From: the human T2T-CHM13v2.0 reference genome, Homo sapiens
Reading direction: 5' to 3' (one strand)
NCBI RefSeq assembly: GCF_009914755.1
Contig: NC_060935.1
Length of the DNA: 64,000 nucleotides
Below are positions 11,641-24,909 of this stretch, in pieces (position 1 is the first letter of the stretch; the number at the start of each line of letters is the position of its first letter). Under the pieces are notes generated by a model. The model was not told where the DNA came from, made no database searches, and saw nothing but the letters and a program-made list of their open reading frames with translations. Position numbers and translations under genes: made by a program.

Positions 11641-14600
11641 TGATTATACTATAGTTTATATGTCCTATTGTTAATAAAAATTTGGCTGTTTCTGTCTGTT
11701 ACAAACAATGAAAATATAAACATTCCTATACCTGTCTTTTGGTGAACATAGGCATGCATTTCTTTAGCATCTCTACCTGGGATTTGGAATTGCTGAATCA
11801 GGAGGTATGCATATAATCAGTTTTGGTATGTAGATATTGCCAAAGAGTTTTCCAGAATGATTGTACCAATTTGCGCTCTCATCAGTTCTTTGAGAATTCC
11901 ATTTACTCCATCTCCTTGAAAATCCTTAGTATTAGTCTCTTTACTGTAGCTCTTCTAGTGGCTGGATAGAGGTATCACATTGTTTTAATTTGCATTTCTT
12001 TAATAACTAGGCATGTTGAACACCTTTTCATATGTTTATGGGCCATTTGGTTATGTTTCATAAAATACATTAGCTTTTTACTTTTTTTTCTATTGGGTTG
12101 TCTGATTTCTTATTGTTTGGAGTTCCTGTAGGATGAAGGATATGAGTCTCTGTTGAATAAATGTGTTGCAAGTATCTACTTTGTGGCCTGCTTTGATTTT
12201 CTTAATGGTTCTTTCAAGAAAGCGAGTTCTGAGTTGTGATTTGGTCCAGTTTATCATGTTTTTCCCTCCTGATTAGTGCTTTTGTGTTCCTTTAAAGTAT
12301 CCTCGACTACTTTATGGCCATGTAGGTAATCTGCTAAGAATCCTTATAAATTCTTTACTGGTTTTTTTACTTTCAGATCTAAAGTCTATTTCAGATGGAT
12401 TGTAAACTATTGTGTGTGGTGGGGTCAATTTTTATTTTTTTCGTATGGCTATCAATCAACCTGGCTCATGTATCAGGAAAAAAATTTCTTTACTCAGGGT
12501 AATGCAGTGTCACTTTTGTTACAAATCAAGTGAACGTATGTGTATGAGTTTGTTTCTAGATTCTCTAATCTGATTCCTTGGCCTATTTTCATTATCTTTG
12601 TGCCAGTACTATACTATTAATGACTAAGCTTTGCATTGAGGTTTCATATTGGGCAGTTTAAGTCGTTCAGCTTTGATTTTCTTCCTCAAGATTGCACAAG
12701 AGCTGCATTTATTCAAACAGGTTCATTTTATTTGTTGTTTTATGTTGTCTCACTTTTATCCAGCATCCCAATGTTATTTGACACTGTCCTAGGTTGTAGA
12801 GGTCACACAGGCTCTGCCTCTGCCTCTGCCCCGGAGGAGTTTTATGATCATGTTTTGGGACTTAGAAATATCCATGTGTGATTTGGGTATGCTTTGAGGA
12901 TCTGTATGCTCAGATCCATTAGAAATGGGTAAAGGCAGACCAGATCTGACACCCACACAAGAGAAAGTGACAGCCTGATTTCTGATAGTCTAGAGACTAT
13001 CAGACTTCTGCCTGTTACAAACAATGAAAATATAAACAGTGGGAAGGCAAACAATGTGATGAATTGTGGTTTTGGTTCCTTAGGTTGACAGGAAAGAGTT
13101 TTTTCCTTTTGGGCATGTTAGAGCCTAGATTTTGGATCCTGATGTGAGTGCTGATGAAATCCATTTGGATCCATTAGATCCTGAGAGCACTGAATGTCAG
13201 GAGCTGTGGTTGAAGGACCAGAGCAGGGCTTGGCCTTCGCAGTTTAGCTCTTTAAAATGCCATCCTGATTCAGGTTTTCCTTGTTGATTGGCTTATGACT
13301 CAATCAGGAGTGAAGTGTGGATTTCCCTATTGCTTCTCTCCCCAACCCCCAGAATGCCTGTCTCAATAATTTAGGATAGATGGGGCATGGCCAGAATGAG
13401 AGAAGCATCCAAAGTCGTAGAAGCTGGTGGAGAAGGCCCTGGACTACTTTTGTATGCAAAGTAGGGAGGGCCGTTTCTGATGCAGCACAATTAGAATTCT
13501 GAATCAGCCAAGGGGGCCGCATCTGGGCAGATTGCTGCTGGGACCTGGAGTGAGGCCAGTGCCAACATATCATTTAAGTTGGCTGTCAACAGACTGTGTA
13601 ACATTGGGTGAGTCTCACCTGGCCTTTAGTAAGCAGGGATGACTCTCCAGGCATTTACCTATAGACTTCCCTCTTAGGGAGCCATTTCTAATGGTATAAG
13701 ACCCATTTCTAGGCATTCCATCAGTCATGCAGCTGAGGGGACTTCTTGAAATGGTGTATATACTTATATTTATCTTGTATGTTAATGTCTTTTTACTTCT
13801 ACTTTTGATTTTTACTTTATGCTCATTGTCATTTAAAATACCGAGTTATAATAATCGGATGGTGAATCGTACCAACTAAGAAAGTGATGTGATCCATAGG
13901 TTAGTGGCTAAGGAGTGTTGTTTTCCTGGTGTTTTCTTTATTTTTAGTAAGCATTATGGTTGGTTAGTCTACCCCAAGTGTATGTTGACTCCACAGGCTA
14001 CTGGAATTGGGGAGTTAGTCTTAAGGTTTTCTTTGACTGTTACTCCTGGGAAAAGGCTTATGAGTTTTCCTTTTGAAATACTGACAGCTCCTTACTGCTA
14101 ACAGTTGGGACGTTTGCTCTCTTAAAGCAGGAAAGAAGCTTCTGTTTCTGGGGTTGAAATGTGTTTCCCGAGGTTAAGTTGTCCATTTCCCAGGGTGGGA
14201 GTGACTTGGGCTACGAGTCATGTCCTCTGGTTCACGCTCACTTTGGGCATGCACTGTCTTGGTATCAGGTCTTTGCTTTGGAATGGTCAGATAGGATAGA
14301 TTGCCTGAAACTGGGTCTGTGGCCTTGTCCTTTTGAAGGAGTCCACTGATAAAGAACAACAATGATCAGCTTGACTGGTGGTAGTGACGGGAGAAAGGAA
14401 GGGGCAGGATTTCTGTTCTCAATGGCTAACAGATTCATTAAGGGGATGGGGTGGGCTATTCCCCTAAAGGCTGGTAATGCAGAGTGGTCCCATCAGAGCT
14501 GCATAGCATGAAATCAATCAGAGCTTTTCTTGAGCTGTCACCTGGGCAAGTACTTAGGGCTGATGGAGCAGAGAATTAATCAGGGATTCTCAGGAGGGTA

Positions 14601-15040
14601 ATGCTAAGTCCTCTAATGGGATGCTTAGCATTGGGGCTTGGTGAAGAGATATTGGCTTGTTGATGGGATTCTGTTGACACGGAAGTGATTTTTGAAAACG
14701 AGAAGGAGTAATTATCCACTCCTCCCTGCTGAAATTAGAGGGAACCTGTTGGCATTGGCACCAAGGCTCACTGGCTGCTGCTGTCGTTGTGGCACATGTT
14801 GCCTCAGTTCTCAGCATCAGCATTCCCATTCCCTGAGAATTCTGCCCTGTCTCTGACAATGACATACTTTCTGTGCTTCCATCTCTTCTGTGGTTGCCTA
14901 CAAAATCCAGGCTGCCAATCTTCACTTGTATTTTTCTCAGGCCACTTGTTAGCAAGGTTGGCTAGTGTCTTAAATGGTAGGAAAATAATAACACAACCCA
15001 CTTTACATATGCAAAAGCAATTAACCATTATTAGTGTCTG

Positions 15041-15073
15041 ACATTCCTCTCAGCTGCCCACAGCGGTGAGTCA
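15041..15073. promoter_or_regulatory. Candidate intronic enhancer module: MCAT (ACATTCCT) + E-box (CAGCTG) + AP-1 (TGAGTCA)
   Basis: Motifs at 15041-15048, 15051-15056 and 15067-15073 in non-repeat sequence. Motif evidence only. Confidence 0.4.
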
Positions 15074-15244
15074 GGATCATCACTATTCATTAGGAATTAA
15101 TTAGACTGTCCTTGATGATATCAGTCATCTACAGAGCTAAGAATTCAGCACTGCCTACATCCTACTGTCTAGTGAGGGTATAGTGTATTTGATATTCCCA
15201 TAGAATGTGCATTCTGTTTGGAAAATGACTCCTAGATTGAATCT

Positions 15245-15380
15245 CTGTTAAGTATAGGACTTTGGACAACTTATTTAGGTCTCTGAACCTCACAAGGTGG
15301 GGATAATACTAAAGGGGGAAGTGCAGCGATTAAATAAGATCCTCTAGGCAGAAACTGCTGGCATTATGCCTGACACCTAG
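15245..15380 (+). mobile_element. MIR fragment
   Basis: 'actttggacaacttatttaggtctctgaacctca', 'gattaaataagat', 'atgcctgacacctag'. Confidence 0.55.
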
Positions 15381-16169
15381 TTCTGGGAGAAGGCTGAATT
15401 TGGTTTTGAGGTACCAGTTCACTTTGGAAGTAAAGCACCTTTTTTCCCCCCAGTCTTTTTGTTGGAGGGGAGCTTTTCTCCTATGAGAGAAATTTGGACT
15501 TTGACTAAGATTACAGTGACCTTCAAGCCATCAAATGTTTGGTTGAGTTGTCCACTATAAATACCATTCCAACCATGTGATTCTCTTTCTAGAAACCCTG
15601 AAGTGGCCCTCACTTCTACTGACTTCTCTCTCCTCCTGGGCTATTAGAAATCTTTTCTCTTAGTGCTCGTCCCGTTGCCACTGTCTGTATGCTGCCCTTT
15701 GCTCACCTGCTCACTCAAATTTGCTTTACCATTTGTCACCTCTTCGAATTTCTTCCTTGGCCACCTCCTTGGCTTCTGGTCTTTACACCCTGGCTGCTCC
15801 GCCTCCCATATCTCTTTCCCTGTAGCTGTCGCCTTTTGGTAATTTTCTTCTCCAGTCATCAAAAGGGAAAGGGAAATGGAGAAGGTAAAATATATTGTCT
15901 CAAAAGTTACCATTCTCCTCAAAATAAGATTTACTGATGATAAAAGATTACCTCTTAAAGGACTCAAATCTTATTTGTCCCTCTAACACAGAAGGACTAT
16001 TAGTTGCCAATAATTGTGATTAAGAAATTGGATCAGCCACCCAACTCTTCGTTATTTACACTGTGCCTGGCTTACAGTCTGTCTCCTTGTGTCCTCCTAA
16101 TTTGGCGATTTTCTCTGGGTCTCTTACTACTCATTGGAACCTTGGCCAGAGTCAGGAATGTGAAAGTAG

Positions 16170-16595
<426 letters not shown>

Positions 16596-16719
16596 TGACT
16601 ATTTATATGTCAGGTATGGTACTGGCGCTAGGGACAGTGTAAATGTTACATAGTCTCTGCCCTCAGGGAGGGACACTGGGGTGCAAATGGGAGGAGCAAT
16701 GACAAACCAACTCACTAAG

Positions 16720-17320
<601 letters not shown>

Positions 17321-18078
17321 CTCACCTCATCAAGTTCTGTTATAGGTAAAGTCTGTGGGATCACATGGTGAAGAATGAATAAGTTGGCTTCCTCCAGGGT
17401 TAATGGTGGAAACTGAGGCATACTGGAGCTACAGGTGCTGTGTGGTCCTGTGTTACTCAGGGGGACAGAGCCCTAACTTCATCCCAGCTCTTCTCCTGTG
17501 GCCTCATAGAATATTGAGACACTGGCAAAAACAAGCCATAATGATTTTTTTTTTTGGTGATCGTTGTGTTCAATGGCATTTCATTAATTATGAGGATTAG
17601 TTAAAATCAACCCTTTTACTTAAGAGCCTTTAAATAATCTGAAGATGGGTGAGAAACTGACATTATGAGAGACCCACAGGAATTAAGATGAAGGGAGCAG
17701 CAAATTCCTGTGTCCTATCTCATCTCTTGTTGGATAGAGTTGGTGTCAGAGCACCTGCATTGGACTGTCTTATCCCGGTCATCCCCCAGGCTTTTATAAT
17801 AAAATGTGTATTGGTTGAATACACATGTGATATCTCCACTGTACTCATGTTACTCTTTTTGAAGCCTCAGTAGGTTATAGTGAAGGAATTACACATTTAG
17901 GGAATGTGGTTGTTGAGGCAGTTACCAGGATATTTGGATTCATAGAGTTTGTTTTTGGAGTTTATTGGAGTGTGTTTGGGAAAAAGTTCAGGAATAAAGG
18001 ATCTTTCAGAAAAGTGTTTATGATGGAAACTGAGGCACATGGGGGCTACAAAGTATACATATTTTTAAAAGTATTTCC

Positions 18079-18536
<458 letters not shown>

Positions 18537-18870
18537 TTACATTTTCTATGCAGTCATTTGAAGACCTTGAAGAAGAGGTCCTTTGTAAATCAGTTTCCCA
18601 AAGTAAACCGTTAGAGGAAGCTCTCTCATTTCTTCACCATCCATCAGAAGGTACATAGCATTGTCTAGAGAGGATGGACTTGGACATAAATGAACATCTG
18701 TTCATAGTTTTACAGATGACAGAGCGCCTTCACTCATGATCTTACTAAATCTTTATGGCAACCCAGTAGAATAGAGTCCCTCCATCCCTTAATCATTTTT
18801 CTGTATTGGGATGAAATTTAATTTGTTATTTGCATTTAACAAATGAAAACCTGAGCTTCTGAGAGAGTTA

Positions 18871-18898
18871 TTAGGTTGGCACAAAAGTAGTTGCGGTA
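18871..18898 (+). mobile_element. Solo Hsmar1/MADE1 terminal inverted repeat within a MIR-like relic
   Basis: TA followed by 'ttaggttggcacaaaagtagttgcggt', versus the Hsmar1/MADE1 end TTAGGTTGGTGCAAAAGTAATTGCGGT (3 mismatches in 27). Confidence 0.75.
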
Positions 18899-21800
18899 GT
18901 TTGAGTTCCATGGCTTAAGGGCGAGTAGGTTTGAAACCCACATCTGTTGGAGTCTTCATATATTCCCCTCCCTTCCTCTCCTACCTCTTGCCCCAGTACT
19001 GTGTTCTTTATTTACTGAATTTAGTGAAAGCTGACTCCTTCACTTAAAGGATATATATGTATGGGGAGGTAAAGATATCAGCTCTGCAGGTACAGACATT
19101 GTGTGCATAATTCACTCATTTAGATTTTAATATTGATTATAATCAAGTGCTTGTTGCTATAGATTCAGAATCGAGGTAATTTGCGTGACAGTTGGCCAAT
19201 TCCACACATTTTTAGGGTTCTCCTACAGCGTGGTTGATACTCTCAGAGCCTGTAGATACAAGGCCAGTTTCCAGGATGAGGTGGAGTTTGAGCTGGACTG
19301 GAAGGAACCTGGGGGATGGAGTGCCAGGATGGTTATTTTGGTATCCAGTATGGGGAGCATTTCTCAGCCAGCCCCAGTCTTGTGTTAGGAAATTCTCTGC
19401 CCATATGTAAAGTCTTCATCTTATGATGGGGTTGTAAAACCAGAGGCCTGTATAACTCTGTGGATTATGTATCTGGTAGTTTCTGGGGCTGTGTCCTGGC
19501 CCATTGCTAGATAGGTAATTCCATCCTGCTGAAGTCTAGTTGACGAAAAATTGCAAGAGTCTGGATACACAGGGTCTTTTCCTTTGCAGTAAATGAATAA
19601 AAACGTGAGCATTTAAAACTGGCTGTACTTACTAAGTGGATAGATCAATTAATGCTAGTTAATACTGCATTCCCCCAAACAACCAGGAAGTTGTGATTCA
19701 TACCTATAGAAATAATAAGAAGAGGTTGTCTACAAGACTCTGCTGCCTGTCTGCTAGAACAGCCTGCCCCTTGTGGAGCAGTTCAAGTAGCAGAAATTTT
19801 TTTCTTATATTGAGTTGGAATATTCTTTGGAACTTCCCAAAGTGGATCTACATCCTTCCCATGTGACAGACAGCTCTTCAGAGGTTGTTTAGTGTCTTAG
19901 ACACTAAGTGTGCAGTTATGATTCAGAAGAATCTTCCCATCTTTGGGCTGTGGGCTGAGGCTAAAAATGATAGAATTCAATAGGAATAAATATAAACGCC
20001 TGCTTTTAGCTCTGACACCAGTTGCACAAAAGACAGTATTCAGGGACAACCTCTGAGGGGCAGGAGCTTAGAAGTTTAATGGAAAGTAAGTCCACCTCTG
20101 AGTGCCATTTATTGGGGGCCACTAAATGCATTCATGAGGGTGGGCAGAGGGATGATGGTTTCTAGTCTGGAAGACAATTAGGATCCTGGAGGCTGCTTCT
20201 GTCATACCTAAATGGGTATCTTAGGAGAGATTTGCTCCCCTGAAGGATGGGGTATACTCTCAAGGAATGGATGTGTAGATGTTAACCAGGAGATGGGTTT
20301 TCGCCTGATAAATGGAAGCATTTCAACATGTCAGTATGAAGCGGGGTAGTACTGAGAAGGTAATGAGTTCCCTGCTGTTAGTGGTGTTCAAGGGTAGACT
20401 GTGACCAGTTGAGTAGATTTTGAGGGGACTTTAAGCACTGAATGGGGGTGGTTGGTGTGTTTTGGTCTGGAGACTCTGGGGCTTACAGTTATATGAGAAC
20501 ATTCTTTTAAGGCAGTCGAAGGTCCCTCAGTCCCTTCAGCCATCCCCCACTGTCCTAGATCCCATTCCCTGCTATCCTGACTGAGCACTGGGCATAACTA
20601 CTATTTATCTTAAAGTGTGGCTCCTCGGAGTAAATTCATACTGCTGTGAACTGCCCAGAGCTCAAGGACTGGCCTGTGGTTTTGTGCATGTGTGTTGTTT
20701 TGGTTTGTTTTTGTCTTTTTTTGTTGTTGTTTGGTGGGTATGGTGGAGAGGAAGAAGGTGGGCTAGCCACTGCTCAAAGAATTCATTCTTATTCTCATAA
20801 TTTATCTAATAAACTACTTTGGAGCGAGAACAGACTCTAGAGTATAGTTCAGTTTGAATTTTATAAGACTCAGATCGTAACGAAAAAGATAATAGTTTGA
20901 ATTCAAAAGGCCCACACCGCAGGCATAGTCAAGTTCATCTGGAGGTCAGTCACAAAATGCTTTCTTGTGGCGTAATTTATACCTTCACATTTGGCAATTT
21001 TGAAAGTCCTGTGTAAATGTACATATGTTGGTAAGAGGTAGTAAATATTTTGCTGACAAGTTCTTTGAATGATGGCTCAGTAGCAGCATTTAAAGGCAGA
21101 CAATCAGAGGGTTTTTTGTGTATTTTTTTTTTAAATCCAGGTGCTGCCAAGTCTACAAAGCTGGAAGGGAAGAAGCCAAAAGTGCCCACTAGTTATAGTT
21201 ATACCATTAATTATATAATATTCATGTGCCTCAGAGTTTCTGCACCTGGCATCTGTTGATATACACAGGTGGGGGAGGACAGGGGCACAGGATACAGTTG
21301 GGAGAGAGCAGGGAGGAAGACAGGGTGCTTGCTGTCAGGTAACGGCCCTGGAATATGGAGCAGTCCCTGGTGCCAGGTGTGGCCACCAGCACCTGCTTCC
21401 CTCCTGGGTGTCCGTGTTGTAATACTGCCTGGATTTGATGGGGTGAGAAGGGGAGGAACTGTGGCCACATGAAACCCTCCCTACTCAGGCCCTTGGCCTC
21501 CTCTTTTCGATCAATCCTTTCTCTCTCATTTTTGGGAGGCCTTTGAATTAATGATCCTATACCTTTTCAACAAAGGAATATTGATATGTTAGTGTGCCAG
21601 ACAGCAGGGAGTACTGGATTAGATCATTTTCACATTGACGTTATGCCAGTTTGACATTTGTTTGGAAAGCTTATCCTTTTATGACCATAGGTTATATACA
21701 TAATTTAAGGGGAATAAATCTTTCAGAGATTTTTTTTGGTTCTGTGATCTTCAGTGCTACAGAAAAAGAAATGAAATACTCCCCCACAGTTTTCATGTGA

Positions 21801-22495
21801 TCAGGAATTCAGCATAGGCTATAAGACGGAGTGCTCCATGTCAATAGAGAATATTTCCACAGGTGTGCTAGGCACTTGTGGTAGATGTTGCAGGGAAGTC
21901 AGGACTGGGGACAGCTTGGTCCCTACTTCAAGGTTACAGTCTAGGAGCTGAGAGTGGCAAAGTGACCTGATTCTACAGGGTAAAAGCCCCAGAGATAAAT
22001 GACATAGGTCCAGGTCAGCCAGCATTGCTGTCTCAGTAGAATGAGTATGTGTGATACCAAAATAATCTTCCTCCTTCCCTCCTTGATCCTGCCACCATCT
22101 TGCATCTTGATGATCTCATATTGGGATAGTGACACTAACAGAGTTTCCGAGTTATGATGCCACTTGCCATGGTGAAGTGGACATTTTAAAAAACTTTATT
22201 TTCTTATAAATTACTTGTTCTGCTTTGGAGATTTGATGATCATTTAGCAAAGTGCCCCTGGTAGATAGTAGGCACTCAGTAAATGGTTTTCGTATGAATC
22301 ACTGCAAACTTGCAACTCCGAGTGAGTACCATTCTTCCATATAAATTTCCTCTCGTCTGTGAAGATTATCCAGCTTCTGCCCACCATTGCATTTCTGTGT
22401 GGGTGCTTAATATGATACTTAGATAATAAAGCCACTTGGATCTCAAAATTCCATATTCTCCAGTAGGAGTTATCCAAGCAAAGCTGGTGACTGAA

Positions 22496-22580
22496 CCAAA
22501 ATCACCACTAAAGAACTTAACCGTGTAACCCAAAACCATGTGTATCCCCAAAAAGACTGAAATAATAAAATGAAATGAAA
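22496..22580 (+). mobile_element. 85-bp extreme 3' end of an old primate L1 (L1PA/L1PB-type) with a perfect 16-bp TSD
   Basis: 'aaatcaccactaaagaactta...tgtaacc...tccccaaaaa...tgaaataa'. TSD aaagctggtgactgaa at 22480-22495 and 22581-22596. Confidence 0.88.
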
Positions 22581-22674
22581 AAAGCTGGTGACTGAAGAAC
22601 TTGCACTAGAGCTAGCAAGAGCATTATGTTTGTGGTTACCACATCCTTATACTGTTTTTGGTTTTCTCTTCTAG

Positions 22675-22930
22675 GTTTATTTTCTTGAAAAGGCTCCAGG
22701 CTTCGGCTTGGAAAATCCCACCGCCAAAATTGAGCCCAGCAGCTGGAGCGGCAGTGAGAGCCCTGCCGAAAACATGGAAAGGATGAGTGACTCTGCAGAT
22801 AAGCCAATTGACAATGATGCAGAAGGGGTCTGGAGCCCCGACATCGAGCAAAGCTTTCAGGAGGCCCTGGCTATCTATCCACCATGTGGGAGGAGGAAAA
22901 TCATCTTATCAGACGAAGGCAAAATGTATG
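22675..22930 (+). other. TEAD1: TEAD1 exon containing the start codon (256 nt: 54 nt leader + 202 nt CDS)
   Basis: Pyrimidine tract and acceptor 'tttttggttttctcttctag|G' (AG at 22673-22674), no other AG from about 22622, and consensus donor gtaagt at 22931-22936. Confidence 0.93.
22729..22930 (+). CDS. TEAD1: TEAD1 (TEF-1) first coding segment, non-AUG ATT start, 202 nt, N-terminus plus first half of the TEA domain (partial CDS)
   Basis: Translates to [67 protein letters not shown](G), which I recognise as the TEAD1 N-terminus and TEA domain. ATT lies in the context gccaaaATTg. The segment ends at donor ATG|gtaagt (22931), phase 1. Confidence 0.97.
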
Positions 22931-24909
22931 GTAAGTGGCCTGGAACACTCCTTTGAAATACTACAACCTGCAGTTGTGGTAGGGGATAGATTGTAGCTGG
23001 TCTTCCAGCAAGAGCTGTTCATTGTATGGGGTTGAGTGATATTTGTAGAATTTTAGTGGGTCATCCAAAGGACTCACCCTAAACTAAAAAGGAGAGTCAA
23101 TAAAGGACCTTTGGGAAAAAGAAAAGGACCCCTGGGCTTTTCTTCTTCTACATGTGTAGTGGCATTACATCAGAAGCTCCAGGGGTCCAGGCAGGAACAT
23201 AAATAGTTGCAGTGGCATGTACAGACACCAGATGGTGGGGAGGAGGTCTTCTGAACACAGACCAGATCACAAGGAAATACTGCCACTTACCTCTAGGTAA
23301 CTGATGTCACTAGGAATGGGGGCCTGGTGCTCCCGAATCCCTTGATTGCCCCCAGCCCCCTTGAGGAAGAGCCAGCATTCTAGATGCTTATATGAAATCT
23401 ACTCTTTTTAAAAAGCCAGCACTTTTTTTTTTTTAAAGCAACTCTGTACAGGCCAGAGAAAACATGTATGTGCATGGGCTTGATCAGCCTCTGAACCACC
23501 AATTTGCTACTTTGCTGCCAGTTTGCAGTTGAATGGTCAGACAAGGCATTAGCACCCTGGGTCACTGTCACCATCTCCCCTTCTTTGGGGGTTGCCTTGA
23601 AAGGCATTCTGAAGGAAACACCAAGAGTGCCAAGGAGAGAGAGACCTGTTAACTATTTGGCTCTGGATGCCTAGGGCAGCAGCAAGGATCCACCTGCCGG
23701 TCTGGGGCTTGCTTGCTGGGTTTGGGCACCCCCTAACTTCCTTCCATAAATGCTTCCAGCTGCAGACCTGTACTTTTTGGCTGCTTACCTTTTGGGAAGC
23801 AGATGGCAGGTGTAGTTGCTTGAACATTCTGCTTGTCTAATTGAGCACGTTGAGTTGACAGAGTTCGCACTGTAGCTGAGTCTAAAAAGATGCAAACACA
23901 AATAACCTAACCTCAAAGAGAACTGGCTCAGTATTTTACCTGAGGTTGTTAACTTCTCATGGGAGTGATTATTTCTGAACAATTGGAAGTCTTTTTCATA
24001 ATAAGGTGTTGTACCTTTAATACTGCACTTCCTCTGTCAGGAGCCGTAGGAGACTGTGGCTTCAACTAGCACACACTGCTAAGGAGAAAGCAGATGGTGG
24101 TGCAGCTGCCACCAGCTGTGCCCCCACCCCGCCCTCCTCCTCTCCAACTTGGATGATGTAATGGAAACAAGGAAAATTTTGCTTTCTGCAGCATTGGAGT
24201 CTCTCAGCCTGTCACACACAGGGGAGAAGGAGACCCAGGCCTTCAGCATTTGTTTTATGCTCCCATAATATCCTTTGTAGCCAGGGAAGCCTCTTCGTAT
24301 CTGGTGAAATGGACTGGGGATGAAATATCTCAGCTACTATGGGAAGAGTGTTTCAGGGCCCTAGATTTTCTCTATGTCTGGATCTTTCCTGGTCTCTTCA
24401 TCTCAGCCTGGCTATTTGCTTTGTGGGTCTTATTTTCATACCTGAAAATGCAGCTCCCTTTCTTAAAGGCAGAGAAAAGCATTTTAATCTTTGAAGCTTC
24501 TTTGAAGATGATTTTATTATGGGTAGTGAAGGGTAGCCTTGGGACACTACCTTGTACAACTCTCATTTGCTTACCCAAAAATGGTTTCAATTTAAAACAA
24601 AGGCATAGTATTAGAAATCCCAATGGGGCATAACCACTGCACTTCATTTCCCACAGGAAATACTGGGAAAGGTCCTGTCCTTTCAGGAATAAGGTTTTGG
24701 GGCTGAGAACATAATTCAAAGCACAAGTTAACTTTTGTCAACTCCAATTTTGTATTGTTCTCCATTGAGATTTTAGTTTATAGACAGCAGCCCTGGTGGA
24801 TTTAACCAATTTGCCTATAATTCAATTATATAAATATTTTTATGTGAAAATAATTGTATAAGAGCTCTTGTTGGTAATTGGGTCTCAGAGGCAGCAGGCT
24901 AAGAAGAAC

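Larger units (their letters stand above)
10710..12690 (-). mobile_element. Old L1M (L1MC/ME-like) 3' portion, interrupted by MER3 and an Alu
   Basis: Long poly-T tail, 'tttttattgaagt..aacttacatacagaaaag', 'ttttaatttgcatttct', 'gttgaacaccttttcatatgttta', 'tgtgccagtact'. Confidence 0.85.

Noticed and set aside
22708-22956. ORF-track call of an 82-aa stand-alone protein
   Set aside because: It is the TEAD1 exon read through its GT donor. The spliced CDS leaves at 22930, and the established start is ATT at 22729.
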